Shown in pieces: positions 52,688 to 63,876 of a DNA stretch of 63,876 bases. The notes under the pieces are model-generated. The model searched no databases. It saw only the letters and a program-made list of their open reading frames with translations, and was not told the origin of the DNA. The stretch is from Geosiphon pyriformis uo1 (Eukaryota; Fungi; Glomeromycota): positions 1,241,924 to 1,305,799 of the forward strand of contig JAAOMT010000009.1 in NCBI GenBank assembly GCA_016748015.1. The letters are read 5' to 3'. A program made the translations under genes and the position numbers. Numbering within the stretch: position 1 is the stretch's first letter; the number at the start of each line of letters is the position of its first letter.

Positions 52688-53515
52688 TATTACGAGTGAT
52701 TTCTTGAAGTCTCAAATCAAATAACAAACCCATAACTTGGTACTAAAAGTTATTTGCGTTGATGTTAATAATCTGAAAGTTTTGTATCTGAAGGTTTCAG
52801 TTTGAGTTCTTTGTATAATGAACAGAGATTCAATAATTGGTTTATCTGTAGCTTCTTAGAATTGCAATTCTGTCAATTCTTCTCTCAGCATGATGGCCAG
52901 CAATCCTCTGATAAGTATTCCATATCTTTTGTACATGTCCTACCCTCTTGCAGAGATCTTTTATCAGGCAATCCTTGACATTAGTAATCTAGCACTTTAT
53001 TCAACCAATTAGTGCACAACAATGAAACCAAAAATAAAAATAAAGAAAAGAAATAAAAAAAATAATAAATAAGCCAAGGCGGTTTTACAAGTTAGTATCC
53101 TGTCAATAGCCATAATCAAGAGCTATTGTTCCAATATGTTTAAGTATCAATTATTATCAATATAAAGTGTTAATAGTAGAATTAGGTTTGAGATACCAAA
53201 TAGTTATTTATTATGTTTGGAAGATTGTCTAGATGAAATCTATACTGGGAGGTCTGTCTTTTCAGCTTTTCATACTACTGTTATATATACATAATTGAGA
53301 TTCCTCAATTTCTCAATTCTTCACAACAGGAATTCTGCAATTCCTTTGAGAGGCATCTTGGAATTCTGGAATCTTGCGATTTCTCATAAGAATTCTGTAA
53401 TTTCTGGAATCCTGCAATTCCTAAAAGGAATCCTAGAATTCCACATTTACTATGTTTATTTCTGATTGGCTAATAACTATGCTAATATATATTCCCTATA
53501 ATTCTATGAGTAACA
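52688..53515 (-). repeat. G4 3' LTR
   Basis: Homologous to the G1 and G3 LTRs; ends TAACA at 53515. Confidence 0.88.
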
Positions 53516-53529
53516 TTATTCTCTCTTTT

Positions 53530-54158
53530 TAATATTGAGCTCTGTCAAAATCCAATCCTGTTAATTTTTCCTCTTGAAGTATTTCCTGAATTTCATTTTC
53601 AAGAATTATTTGTGTTATTTAAGTCTGTAATTCTTCAAATTAAGCATTGGTGATTTTTCTTAATTGATTACTGATAACCGTATTCATTGCTTTGTTGAGT
53701 AAGATTTCTGGTCAATCCTGAAATGCTGTGTGTATTCAGTATATGGCTCAGGCCTATGTGGATAAGTTGTTCTTTCTCACAAAATGTTCTAATTGTTGTA
53801 GTATTCTTGTATCAAATAATTACTTTGTTTTATCCATATATAAATTCTGGATATTTATGTGTTGTTCCAAGTAAAAATAACAATAGTTTCTTGGAAATTG
53901 TTGTATCCACTAATTTCAAGTTTCTTTAGTCAACTCTTGATATAGTGACTTTTTTGTTGACTCTTTTATTGTCAATTTTATTTTTGCAATGATTCTGTTG
54001 ATAGTATTTTCTGTTTTCTTCTGTGTTCTGTGCTGCAATGTCTTTCTGGTATCTTGATATCAAATTGTTTGTTGATTAATTGTAATTTTCATCTCTTAAT
54101 GTTGGATCAATTGAAAGAGTTGTTGTGCTAGTAAGTGAATGTTGTCTGTAATTTCCAT
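53530..54158 (-). pseudogene. G4 ORF3
   Basis: MEITDNIHLLAQQLFQLIQH..., homologous to G3 ORF3. Confidence 0.8.
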
Positions 54159-54208
54159 TTTTCTGATATTTCCTGTCGTGTCTACCATGTCTTTATATAT
54201 TCTTTTGA

Positions 54209-55595
54209 TGAATTAATTTAACATGTTGTTGTTAATAATAATGATTGGTTCTAAATCTCGTGGAATCTCATCTGGTTGAATTAGTATCTTCTGTACTCCC
54301 AATTGTGGAATATTACTGATGGATGGTGGTGTGATGTTGTGGTATGGTTTCAGTTAATCTCTATGTGCTGCTTTGGTTAAGATTTTGTTGTTTAGTTTTA
54401 ATTTGTAAGCTCCATTTCCTAGAATTTCTTCTATGTGAAATGATCCATCCCATTTGGGGTCGAATTTTCCACTCCATTGTTTTTCCGCTTTGGTACGATA
54501 TAAGAGTACTTTGTTTCCAATCTTGAATTCAACTGGTTTGTCTGGTAGTTGATTATTGTGTCTTTTTTTTTGTTTCTCTTGTGACTTTTAAATGTTGTCA
54601 GCTGTTCTTTTTTGTTTGCTTTCCAATGTTTCTATTAAGTCATATGTTCTTTTTAACAATGTTTCCTGAAAATTTTCTTCTGTTATTGGTTCAGTTGGAT
54701 ATGTTTTAACCTCTATCTCCACTGGTAATATTGCTGTTCTACCATATACCAATTCAAATGGTGTTGCTTGTGTGGTGTTTTGCTTCATTGTCTGATAAGC
54801 AAATAATACTGATAATATGAACAAATCTCATTTGTCCTGGTTTTTTTGACTGAGTTTTGCTATTGCTTTACACAATGTTCTATTAAATCTTTCAACTAAT
54901 CCATTGGTTTGTGGATAGTATGGTGATGATAGTGGTCTTTTAATTCCGAATTTTTGGCTTAGTTTTGCTAATGTTCTATTCACAAAATGGGTTTCTTGGT
55001 CTGATAATAGTTCTTTTGGACATTCATGTCAACAAATCAGATCTTGATAAATAAATTCAGCAACAGATTCTGCATCTGCTCTTTGAATTGCTTTTGTTTC
55101 TGGCTATTTAATGAGATAGTCCATGGCTACTGCAATATATCTGTTGTCTCTGCTGGTAATTGTCAATGGTTTAACTAAGTCAATTCCAATGTAGTTGAAT
55201 GGTTGTCCCACTTTGATTGGTCTTAATAGTTCATTGGATCTTGTTCCTCCTCTTCTTTGACATGCATCACAATTTTGAATGTATTGCATGATGTCTGAAT
55301 ACATTGATGGCCAATAATATCTTTTTCTGGTTCTTTCTATGGTAGCTTCTTTGTGAAAATGTCCTGTTGTTAGATCGGAGTGTATGTTAAATAACACTCT
55401 TTCTTTTTCTGGCTCTGTAATTACTCTGATTGGTTTATCTGGATCTTTTCTATTCTTTTAATAAAATATATTTTGGCAAGTGATAAAGTATTTTGATTGT
55501 TGTTTGATATTATTGTATTCTGATTGAGATAATTTCTCCTTGAATTGTTGAGTCTTTATATAATGTTTGAGTTGTTGATATTTTTCTGGATTCAT
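54209..55595 (-). pseudogene. G4 integrase with its own ATG (MNPEKYQQLKHY)
   Basis: HSDLTTGHF..CDACQR, IGIDLV, YHPQTNGLVERFN. Confidence 0.9.
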
Positions 55596-55654
55596 TTTTT
55601 GTTATATTTTCGTTGGATTGGTTTGGTTTTGTTATATTTTTGGGTTGAAATGTT

Positions 55655-56634
55655 CTAGATTTGTTTTCTCCATGACAAACTGTTAGCATTTCCATTGTCT
55701 TTTCCCTTTTTATAGTGTATAGTATAAATATATGGTGAGAGTGCCATTTTCTATCTTGATTGTCTGCCATCTTCAAATTCTTGTTTCTGGAGTGATGTCA
55801 ATCCTTTGTGATCTGTATACACCTCAAACTTCTGGCTCAAGTATTTTTTCTATTTCTTGACTGCCCAATAGATTGCTAAATGTTCTAATTCTGGTGTCCC
55901 ATAGTTCTTTTCAGCTGGGGTTAAACCTCGGCTGGCATATACTACTGGATGTTCTCTTCTATCTGGTCCTCTCTGAGATAGTACTGCTCCCAATGCTTGA
56001 CCTGATGCATTGGTAGTAATGATGAATGGTTTACTATAATATGGATATATTAGTACTGGAGCTTGAATGAGCTTTTTTCTTAGGGTATCAAAAGCTTCTT
56101 GTTGAGTTTCAGTCCATTCATATTTCACATTCTTGGTTTGAAGATGATTGAATGGCTGAGCTATCTTTGAAAAGTTCTTAATAAAGTGTCAATAATAGCT
56201 AGCAAATCCCAAGAATGATTGTAGTTTTATCACATTGGTTGGTACTGAAAAGTTTTTTATTATCTCTATTTTTTCTGGATCTGTTTTAATGCCATCTTTA
56301 CTGACTATATGTCCCAAAAATTTCAGTTTTGTCTTGCTAAAAAAACATTTGGTGGCATTCAACTTTAGTCTTACTTGTTGTAGTCTTTCGAACACTTGTT
56401 GGAGATAATGGAGATGATCATCAAATGTTCTTGAGAACACATTGGTGTCATCTAGATATACTACTACTGATTTCTACAATAAGCTGGTGTAAATAATTTT
56501 TATTAATCACTGAAAAGTGGCTGGTGTATTGGTTAAGCTGAATGACATTACTTCGAATTCGAAATTCTCTTCCCTAGTGGTGAATGCTGTCTTTTTTTTG
56601 TCTGCTGGATTCATAGCTACTTGCCAGTAACCAC
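55655..56634 (-). pseudogene. G4 RT (part) and RNase H
   Basis: YLDD, FLGH, TNASGQALGAVLSQ; ends LSWRKQI* at 55655. Confidence 0.9.
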
Positions 56635-57289
56635 TGTTACAGGATGGTTTTCTTGTTATATTTAATTGCTGATATCCCGCTTTAATTGCAATCAGTCTTT
56701 CGTGAGTTCCTCAATTCTATTTGTGTGATAATGTTACTGTTACACTGAAGGCTTTCTTTTTACTGTTGCGATGTAAGTTATTCTTTAATTCTTGATTGTT
56801 GTGTGTGTTTATGTACTCCTTCTCAGAGGCTGAACTGAAATCTACCCACTGTCTGGGGTCTTCTCTGAGGCNNNNNNNNNNNNNNNNNNNNNNNNNNNNN
56901 NNNNNNNNNNNNNNNNNNNNNNNNNNNNNNNNNNNNNNNNNNNNNNNNNNNNNNNNNNNNNNNNNNNNNNNNNNNNNNNNNNNNNNNNNNNNNNNNNNNN
57001 NNNNNNNNNNNNNNNNNNNNNNNNNNNNNNNNNNNNNNNNNNNNNNNNNNNNNNNNNNNNNNNNNNNNNNNNNNNNNNNNNNNNNNNNNNNNNNNNNNNN
57101 NNNNNNNNNNNNNNNNNNNNNNNNNNNNNNNNNNNNNNNNNNNNNNNNNNNNNNNNNNNNNNNNNNNNNNNNNNNNNNNNNNNNNNNNNNNNNNNNNNNN
57201 NNNNNNNNNNNNNNNNNNNNNNNNNNNNNNNNNNNNNNNNNNNNNNNNNNNNNNNNNNNNNNNNNNNNNNNNNNNNNNNNNNNNNNNNN

Positions 57290-57761
57290 ATCTAATACTG
57301 TGTTATTAATTTGTTGTTGTAATTCTTGAAATTGCGAGTTGGTAAGTCGTCCAATACTGTTGGTTGTTATTATGTTCATGGTTGGGTCCAACAATAANNN
57401 NNNNNNNNNNNNNNNNNNNNNNNNNNNNNNNNNNNNNNNNNNNNNNNNNNNNNNNNNNNNNNNNNNNNNNNNNNNNNNNNNNNNNNNNNNNNNNNNNNNN
57501 NNNNNNNNNNNNNNTTATTAATGTATTGCCCAATGCTATCTCTAATTTTTCAATAACTTTGCTAATAAATTTGTTGTTATATTTGGCAATATTATATGGT
57601 TCGAAATTATGTTCTTTTCTTGTTTTTGGATTTTCTATTGTTCTTTTTATGTATGTTATTTTGGAGCTATTAACTGTGATTTCTAGATCGGATTTTAATT
57701 GTTGTAAGCTTTCAACTAATTGTTGAGTTATATTGTTGATGTTTTCTGGAATAAGTATCAT
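57290..57761 (-). CDS. G5 ORF3 (gapped)
   Basis: AAAACA-ATG; IPENINNITQQLVESLQQ..LEITVN and LLDPTMNIITTNSIGRLTNSQFQELQQQI align with G3 ORF3. Confidence 0.7.
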
Positions 57762-57845
57762 TGTTTTAATTTTGAATGTTATTTTGGAATCTTTTGCATG
57801 CGTTTTTATGGTTGTTAAATCATTTTTGCTGTGATCTAAGATTAA

Positions 57846-59239
57846 TTATCTTTTCGAATAATGTTCAATTAAAACTATTGATTCTAAATCTCGTGGAATT
57901 TGTTCTGGTAGAATTAAAGGTAATTGTGTTCCAATTCTGGGTGTTTTTGCTGTTATTACTGGTTTACTGTAATAGAATTTCAGCCGGTTACCATGTGCTG
58001 CTTTTCTTAATATCTAGTCTTAGCTTGTATGCTCCATTTCCAAGTATTTCGTGAATATAAAATGGTCCATCCCACTTGTGATCAAATTTTCCACTCCACT
58101 GTTTTTCCATTTTTGTATGATACAACAATACTTTATCTCCAATTTTGTAGCTAATTATATTATCTGGTAACTGGTTATCATGTCTCACTTTTTGTTGTTC
58201 TTGTGATTGTTCAATATTTTGTGCTGCTTTTCTTCTTTTGTTTTCTAAAGTTTCCATTAATTCGTATGTTCTTCTAAGTAGTGTTTCCTGGAATGTTGCT
58301 TCCGTGATAGTGTCACTCGGATAAGTTGGAATAGTAAGTTCAACAGGTAATGTGGCTTTTCTTCCATAAACTAGTTCNNNNNNNNNNNNNNNNNNNNNNN
58401 NNNNNNNNNNNNNNNNNNNNNNNNNNNNNNNNNNNNNNNNNNNNNNNNNNNNNNNNNNNNNNNNNNNNNNNNNNNNNNNNNNNNNNNNNNNNNNNNNNNN
58501 NNNNNNNNNNNNNNNNNNNNNNNNNNNNNNNNNNNNNNNNNNNNNNNNNNNNNNNNNNNNNNNNNNNNNNNNNNNNNNNNNNNNNNNNNNNNNNNNNNNN
58601 NNNNNNNNNNNNNNNNNNNNNNNNNNNNNNNNNNNNNNNNNNNNNNNNNNNNNNNNNNNNNNNNNNNCCATGTCGGCAAATTAAGTCTTCATGTACGAAT
58701 TGAGCTACGGAAATAGCATCAGCTGTTTTAATAGCTCTAGCTTCTGGCCATTTGGTGAGATAGTCCATGGCTACTGCAATATAACGGTTGTTTCTTGTTG
58801 TTATTGGTAAGAGTCCAACTAAATCAATTCCGATTCTGTCAAATGGCTGTCCAACTTTTATTGGTCTTAATAATTCCATTGTTTTTGCTCCTCCTCTTTG
58901 TTGGCATGAGTCACAATTTCTTATGTATTGGATTATGTCTGAGCTCATTTTTGGCCAATAGTAACGGCTAGTTGCACGTTGGATGGTTGCTGTTTTTCCA
59001 AAGTGGCCTGAATGAATATCTGAGTGCATGTTAAATAAGATAGTTTCTTTTTCATCCGTGGTTATAACTCTTAATGGATTATCTGGATTTTGTCGATTCC
59101 GGTAATAAAGTATGTGATTTTGGATAAAATAGTGTTTTGCTAATTTTTGGAGCTTAATTAGCTCTTTTACTGGCATTTCTTCATTTATTTGTAGTGTTTC
59201 CAAGTATTGGCCGAGGTTTTTGTAAAGGTGGTTGTTCAT
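57846..59239 (-). pseudogene. G5 stand-alone integrase (small frameshifting deletion near 58010, plus an N gap)
   Basis: MNNHLYK..; HSDIHSGHFG..CDSCQ; IGIDLVG; WDGPFYIHEILGNGAYKL. Confidence 0.9.
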
Positions 59240-59268
59240 TGTTGTTGTGGCAGGTGGGTTGGTGATTT

Positions 59269-62200
59269 TTATGTGTGTCTCATTCTTGACAAACAGTCGG
59301 CATTAGCATTTTTGGTACCTTCTTTGTATTTGATAATATAATCATATGGTGCTAACATTTGTGACCATCTGGCGTATTTTCTTTTTAGCGCTTTCTTGTT
59401 CTTTAACCAGACCAGACCTCTATGATCTGTCGTAATCTCAAAGGGTTGGTACCGTAAATATGTGTCAAAGTGAACACAACTCCAGACTACTGCTAAGCAT
59501 TCAAGTTCATGTGCTGCGTAGTTTTGTTCTGCCGTACTGAGACTTCTGCTGGCATAAGCGATTACACGTTCTCTTCCATTATCATCTTTTTGTGACAGAA
59601 TGGCTCCAAGTCCAGTTCCAGAGGCATCTGTGGCCAAAATGAATTTCTTGTTGAAATTCGGATAGATCATTATTGGTGATTCAATGAGCTTTTGTCTAAG
59701 GTACTCAAAAGCTTTTTGTTGTGTTTTAGTCCATTCAAACTTCACATTTTTAGATAGTAGATAATTAAGGGGTTTGGCGATGTTTGAAAAGTTTTCTACA
59801 AAGCGGCGGTAGTAAGATGCGAGTCCTAAAAAGCTTCTAACTTCTGAGACATTTCGAGGTACTGGAAAATTTTTCACTTTGTCTATTTTTGATGGATCTG
59901 GTTTTATTCCATCTTTTCCAACTACGTGTCCTAAAAATGCTAGCTCATTTTTCCCAAAGAAACATTTTTCTAGATTTAGTTTAAGTCCAGCGTGTCTCAA
60001 TCTCTCAAAAACTTGTTGTAAATGTTGGAGATGATCCATGAATTTTGACGAGAAAACATTTGTATCATCCAAGTAGACAACAACGGATTGCCACAGGATT
60101 CCGGAGTAAATTACATCTATTAGTCTTTGGAATGTCGCGAGAGCGTTTGTTAATCCAAATGGCATTACATTGAACTCATAATTGCCATTTTGTGTTGTGA
60201 ATGCTGTTTTATGCCTGTCCTTTGGGTCCATTTCCACTTGCCAGTACCTACTGGTCAAGTCCAGTGTAGAAAACCATTTTGCTCCTCCAAAAACGTCGAA
60301 GATTTCGTCAATTAATGGTATTGGGTATGAGTCTTTGGTTGTTTTGCTGTTTAGTTTGCGATAGTTGACGCAAAATCTAATTTTTCCGTTCTTTTTCCTT
60401 ACTAAAACAACTGGTGAGGACCATGGGCTCATTGATGGTTGTATTATTCCTTTTTCCAACATGCTTTGGACTTCTTCTCTGATAAAATTATGCTCTATTG
60501 GTGGGACACAGTAAGCGCGTTGTTTTTTAGGTCTGGCATCTCCAGTGGGGATTTGGTGTTGAACCAAGTTGGTTCTTCCAAATTCGCCATTTCTTGAAAA
60601 TATATCAGAGTATTTTAAAATTAATGCTTTTAATTGTTGCTGTTGGTCGGGATCCATTGTTCCAATGTTTAATTTGGCCAATTCTTCTGGCGTAAATTGA
60701 TAGCATTCTACTGGTTGTTGCCAATTTATTGAAGTGAGTTCACAGTAGAGGGCGATTTCTGGGAAATTTAGAATTTCTTGTGGTGTTGACGCGTTTTCTA
60801 GCTCCGTTCCGAGGTATCCAATGATGGTATCTTCCNNNNNNNNNNNNNNNNNNNNATTTCCAGTGTATCCGGAGTCAATTACTCCTCCTTGAACGCTTAT
60901 TCCTTTTTTCGCGAGGCTTGATTGCGACGCCATTTGAACCATTATTCCTGGCGGAATTTCAACCGCTAATTTTAGGTCGATTTTGGTGATGCTCCTGGGT
61001 GGTAACGTTGTGGATTGGTCTTCCGGATAACGTAGATCGAATCCGGCGTTGGTTGGATGGGCTCTTTCGGGTATTATTCCTAAGTGCCCGTTGTCGAAGT
61101 ATCGGATGTCGGTCACCTGTTCTAGGTCAGTATAGGCTACAAATTTTTCTGACTCAGGACTGTCAGGTGAGTCTTGTTGATTTATTGATTGATTTTGAGA
61201 CTGCTGATTCTCAATTTCCATTTTTCTTTCTAAGTCCCTTTCGTCTTGACACTCTTCACAGCACTGACTTTGGCACGGGATGAGACAGTTTTCGCAGAGG
61301 TAAGTGTTGATTTGGGCGAGGTATTGTTCTTGCTCTTGTCGAGTGGGGCATAGTTGTTGGTAGTAGTCCTGGAATTCGTCCACTGGGTCGAACATGTTGT
61401 AGCTGGTGACTTCGTCGGCTACTTCGGCTGACTCTTTCCAATGTCGTATTTCTTCGGCGGTTCCTCCTCTTACTTTGGCTTGTGCAGTGTTGTACAACTC
61501 GTCCTCGTCATGTGGGTAGTGCTGTAGTTTTTTTAACGCTCTGTTGAATGCTGCTTCGAACGGCGTTCCTCCTCTTACCCAGTCACAGATGAGGATCGTG
61601 TATTGGCAAGTTGCGTCACATGTTCCTCCTCTGCCTGGTAAGTCATTCCAGTCGCACCCTTTTGGTAACGGTTCTCCACAAGCGAGGCACGGTTCCTCGT
61701 CCCATTTTCCGTGTCTTTCTGGGTAACCGTATTTTTCTTTGTTACAATGGTTACAATAATAGTGGGTGGGGTTTCTTGGGTCTTCGTCCGGTGCGCTGCA
61801 CGCAGTCATAGACGAGAGTTTCTTCTTGCAAACCGAGCATTCTAGCTTTGGTCTGCGTCGCTGGTGGTTTCTTCGTGAACTTACCTGGTTCCATTCGGAT
61901 CTTTCTTCGCTGGTCCATGTTGGTATGGCTGGTAGTCCTGTTTTTTGGTCATCAGCCCAAGAGAGCTGATAGGTTTTGATGGCTGGTAGTGCTGGATTTT
62001 CCTCAAATTCGAAGGTAGGTCTTTGGTTGGCGCTGGGTTTTTGGAAGTGGCCACAGGTGGCTGGAATTTTGGCCTGGTGGCCATTATAATTGATCAGAAG
62101 CTCTTGGGTGGTCCAGTCTAGGGTGGTGTTGGCTTTTGTTAACCAGTCATTCCCTACTAACGCTTGATATTGTGTAGCGTCCATTACTAATACTTTTGTA

Positions 62201-63876
62201 GGTATTACTATGCTGTTAATTTCGAAAGGGAATGAATCGATTTCGCCATAAGGCAGCTTTGTACTTCCATCGGCTGTTATGATTTGGGACATCACGGCAC
62301 GATCAACTTTGAAACCCAGTTGGTTTACTAGTTGAAGCATTACGATGCTTCCAGCAGATCCGCTGTCTAAGATAAGTTTGATTGGGGTATTGTTTACAGT
62401 GGCTTCCATATACATAGCAGTGATTGGGCGTTTTTCGTTCAATGCTGCTCCACTGAACATAGCCTTGTTTTCCTCTAATTCAAAAGGAAAAATAGCTGCG
62501 AGGCTGCTATCTTCGGTGGCAACTGCTGGTGGTATTGTCTGGCTCAATTTGGAGGAATTCTTGGTTCTGTTTATGTTTCTACCGTCATTGTTTCCGATGA
62601 TCAGGTTTTCCAGTATATTAAGGTAAGTTTGTTGATAATTTTGGTAGTTTGGATTGGTTTGCTGATTGGTTCTGGCGCAGTTTGGATTCCTCTGGACCAA
62701 TGCGTTCTGGTTCCACATGGGCTGATTTTGGGCCTCGGGACGCCAATTCGGGTTGGCTATCATGGGCTGTTGCTGGTAAGCTCCTTGATTTTGATACGTG
62801 GTGGGATATTGGCATGGTATTGGCGTGTACTGGTTTCTGGGCATTTGGGGTGGCGTGTAGTAATTATTTTCGCGTGCTTCCTGCATCATTCGCGTTCGAC
62901 ATTGACTAATCAAATGTCCTACGCGTTTGCAAAAATGGCAGGCGTGTGTTTCTGTTCTGAATTCCTGGTGCGACGAGCGATTATTTCGACTGTCGCTGAC
63001 TTCCTGGCTGCGTCTTTGGGGTGGTTGGTATGTATTTTTTCTCGGATCCAGGATGAGGTAACTTTCTATTTTCTTAGAGAGTTCCTCCCCTAATTGCGTT
63101 ACTCTTTTCTCTAATGTTTCTGTCTTATTTTTCTCCATTACCATGTTAACCATTTGACTATGGTTAGCTTTTTTCTCAGCCGATTCAAGGGCTCTGGCGA
63201 GCGTAACGGCTTCTGGTAAGGAATTAGGGTGGGCAGGGCGTACTCTTCCTAAAATGCTGCTTTTTAATCCTCTAATAAACTGATTTAAAACCTGAGGATC
63301 AGTGTAGTATCCTTGTTCAATCGCTTCAATCTGATGGCGAATTTGATTGAATCGAGCAAGGTATTGGGTGACAGTTTCACCGGTATTTTGCTTGATAGTA
63401 TTGAATTCGTTCTGTAGTTGGATTACGGCGTTTGGGTCGCTAAAATACTCCAGGAGTGCATTTTTAAATTCAGCGAAGCTCGTGGGTTTTGTTTCCAGGC
63501 TTTGATACCACGAGTCGGCTGTGCCTTTCAGGAAGAAAAGTAATGTTTGAATTGCTCTTTGGTCATTCCAGTTATTTGCCTGGATGGCTTTTTGTGCTTC
63601 TCTGAGCCATGTGTGCATGTCCGTTTCTTCTTCCTCTTCTGAGAAATCTGTTAGTCTTGCAATGTATGGTGTGGTCATTTCGTTGCCGTTTTCTGCTGGT
63701 GGGTTTATTGGTCTAAGAGGAGGTGGGATGATATTTCCTTGAGCGTTCCTAAAGGTGGCTTCCCTTATATCCGGTTCTTTCTCTTGATCATGAGTTTCTT
63801 GGTTTCTGGACTGGCTGCTTGTTCCAGTGACTGGTCTTGTGATTGTTTTTTCGCTGGTCTCTTTTTCGGATTCTGA
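59269..63876 (-). CDS. G5 Gag-PR-Cys-rich-dUTPase-RT-RNaseH polyprotein, open to the window edge
   Basis: CA-like domain; CHFCKRVGHLISQC; LILDSGS; AGFDL, SSLA and GVIDSGYTG; YLDD; TDASG..ELECLAV..TDH..NADCLSR. Frame also open for 66 codons upstream of 63678. Continuity across the N gap at 60836-60855 is unproven. Confidence 0.9.
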   Translation of the reverse strand, partial: SESEKETSEKTITRPVTGTSSQSRNQETHDQEKEPDIREATFRNAQGNIIPPPLRPINPPAENGNEMTTPYIARLTDFSEEEEETDMHTWLREAQKAIQANNWNDQRAIQTLLFFLKGTADSWYQSLETKPTSFAEFKNALLEYFSDPNAVIQLQNEFNTIKQNTGETVTQYLARFNQIRHQIEAIEQGYYTDPQVLNQFIRGLKSSILGRVRPAHPNSLPEAVTLARALESAEKKANHSQMVNMVMEKNKTETLEKRVTQLGEELSKKIESYLILDPRKNTYQPPQRRSQEVSDSRNNRSSHQEFRTETHACHFCKRVGHLISQCRTRMMQEARENNYYTPPQMPRNQYTPIPCQYPTTYQNQGAYQQQPMIANPNWRPEAQNQPMWNQNALVQRNPNCARTNQQTNPNYQNYQQTYLNILENLIIGNNDGRNINRTKNSSKLSQTIPPAVATEDSSLAAIFPFELEENKAMFSGAALNEKRPITAMYMEATVNNTPIKLILDSGSAGSIVMLQLVNQLGFKVDRAVMSQIITADGSTKLPYGEIDSFPFEINSIVIPTKVLVMDATQYQALVGNDWLTKANTTLDWTTQELLINYNGHQAKIPATCGHFQKPSANQRPTFEFEENPALPAIKTYQLSWADDQKTGLPAIPTWTSEERSEWNQVSSRRNHQRRRPKLECSVCKKKLSSMTACSAPDEDPRNPTHYYCNHCNKEKYGYPERHGKWDEEPCLACGEPLPKGCDWNDLPGRGGTCDATCQYTILICDWVRGGTPFEAAFNRALKKLQHYPHDEDELYNTAQAKVRGGTAEEIRHWKESAEVADEVTSYNMFDPVDEFQDYYQQLCPTRQEQEQYLAQINTYLCENCLIPCQSQCCEECQDERDLERKMEIENQQSQNQSINQQDSPDSPESEKFVAYTDLEQVTDIRYFDNGHLGIIPERAHPTNAGFDLRYPEDQSTTLPPRSITKIDLKLAVEIPPGIMVQMASQSSLAKKGISVQGGVIDSGYTGNXXXXXXXEDTIIGYLGTELENASTPQEILNFPEIALYCELTSINWQQPVECYQFTPEELAKLNIGTMDPDQQQQLKALILKYSDIFSRNGEFGRTNLVQHQIPTGDARPKKQRAYCVPPIEHNFIREEVQSMLEKGIIQPSMSPWSSPVVLVRKKNGKIRFCVNYRKLNSKTTKDSYPIPLIDEIFDVFGGAKWFSTLDLTSRYWQVEMDPKDRHKTAFTTQNGNYEFNVMPFGLTNALATFQRLIDVIYSGILWQSVVVYLDDTNVFSSKFMDHLQHLQQVFERLRHAGLKLNLEKCFFGKNELAFLGHVVGKDGIKPDPSKIDKVKNFPVPRNVSEVRSFLGLASYYRRFVENFSNIAKPLNYLLSKNVKFEWTKTQQKAFEYLRQKLIESPIMIYPNFNKKFILATDASGTGLGAILSQKDDNGRERVIAYASRSLSTAEQNYAAHELECLAVVWSCVHFDTYLRYQPFEITTDHRGLVWLKNKKALKRKYARWSQMLAPYDYIIKYKEGTKNANADCLSRMRHT

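Larger units (their letters stand above)
52688..56634 (-). mobile_element. G4: 3' half of a gypsy element (G1/G3 group), interrupted in RT by G5
   Basis: 3' LTR, PPT at 53516-53530, ORF3, IN, RH, and RT up to GYWQV. Confidence 0.93.
56635..63876 (-). mobile_element. G5: young, CpG-rich Ty3/gypsy element of a different LTR family; 5' part outside the window
   Basis: LTR end TGTTACA at 56635 inside the G4 RT; long near-intact polyprotein; predicted TSD CCAC. Confidence 0.93.

Noticed and set aside
57846-58000. Chromodomain at the integrase C-terminus
   Set aside because: Only a short Pro/Ile-rich tail follows the GPF module; no aromatic-cage pattern.

Overview
Eukaryotic, not prokaryotic, DNA. 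It is a very AT-rich, transposon-saturated fungal-type region (Glomeromycotina/Geosiphon-like by my recollection of similar proteins; unverified) with a small host-gene island at about 43.6-50.5 kb. Contents: (i) five Ty3/gypsy LTR retrotransposons (G1-G5) whose shared layout is Gag-PR-Cys-rich-dUTPase-RT-RNaseH, STOP, a separately started integrase ORF, then a conserved non-env ORF3 ending at the PPT; (ii) an autonomous-type APE-RT-RNaseH LINE, a 5'-truncated relative, and three ORF1-only (HAL1-like) elements that carry the same 3' end; (iii) two TA-duplicating TIR transposons, one a pogo/Tigger 3' end and one carrying non-transposase cargo; (iv) an AT-rich inverted duplication of about 2.5-2.9 kb whose arms give reciprocal empty and filled LINE sites; (v) a gradient of C>T/G>A erosion from the nearly intact G5 to almost pure A/T sequence; (vi) one spliced host gene, probably regulatory. 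The best candidates for an undescribed system are the gypsy group with stand-alone integrase, ORF3, Cys-rich domain and dUTPase, and the ORF1-only LINE parasites. All alignments were done by eye, so coordinates inside degenerate regions are approximate.
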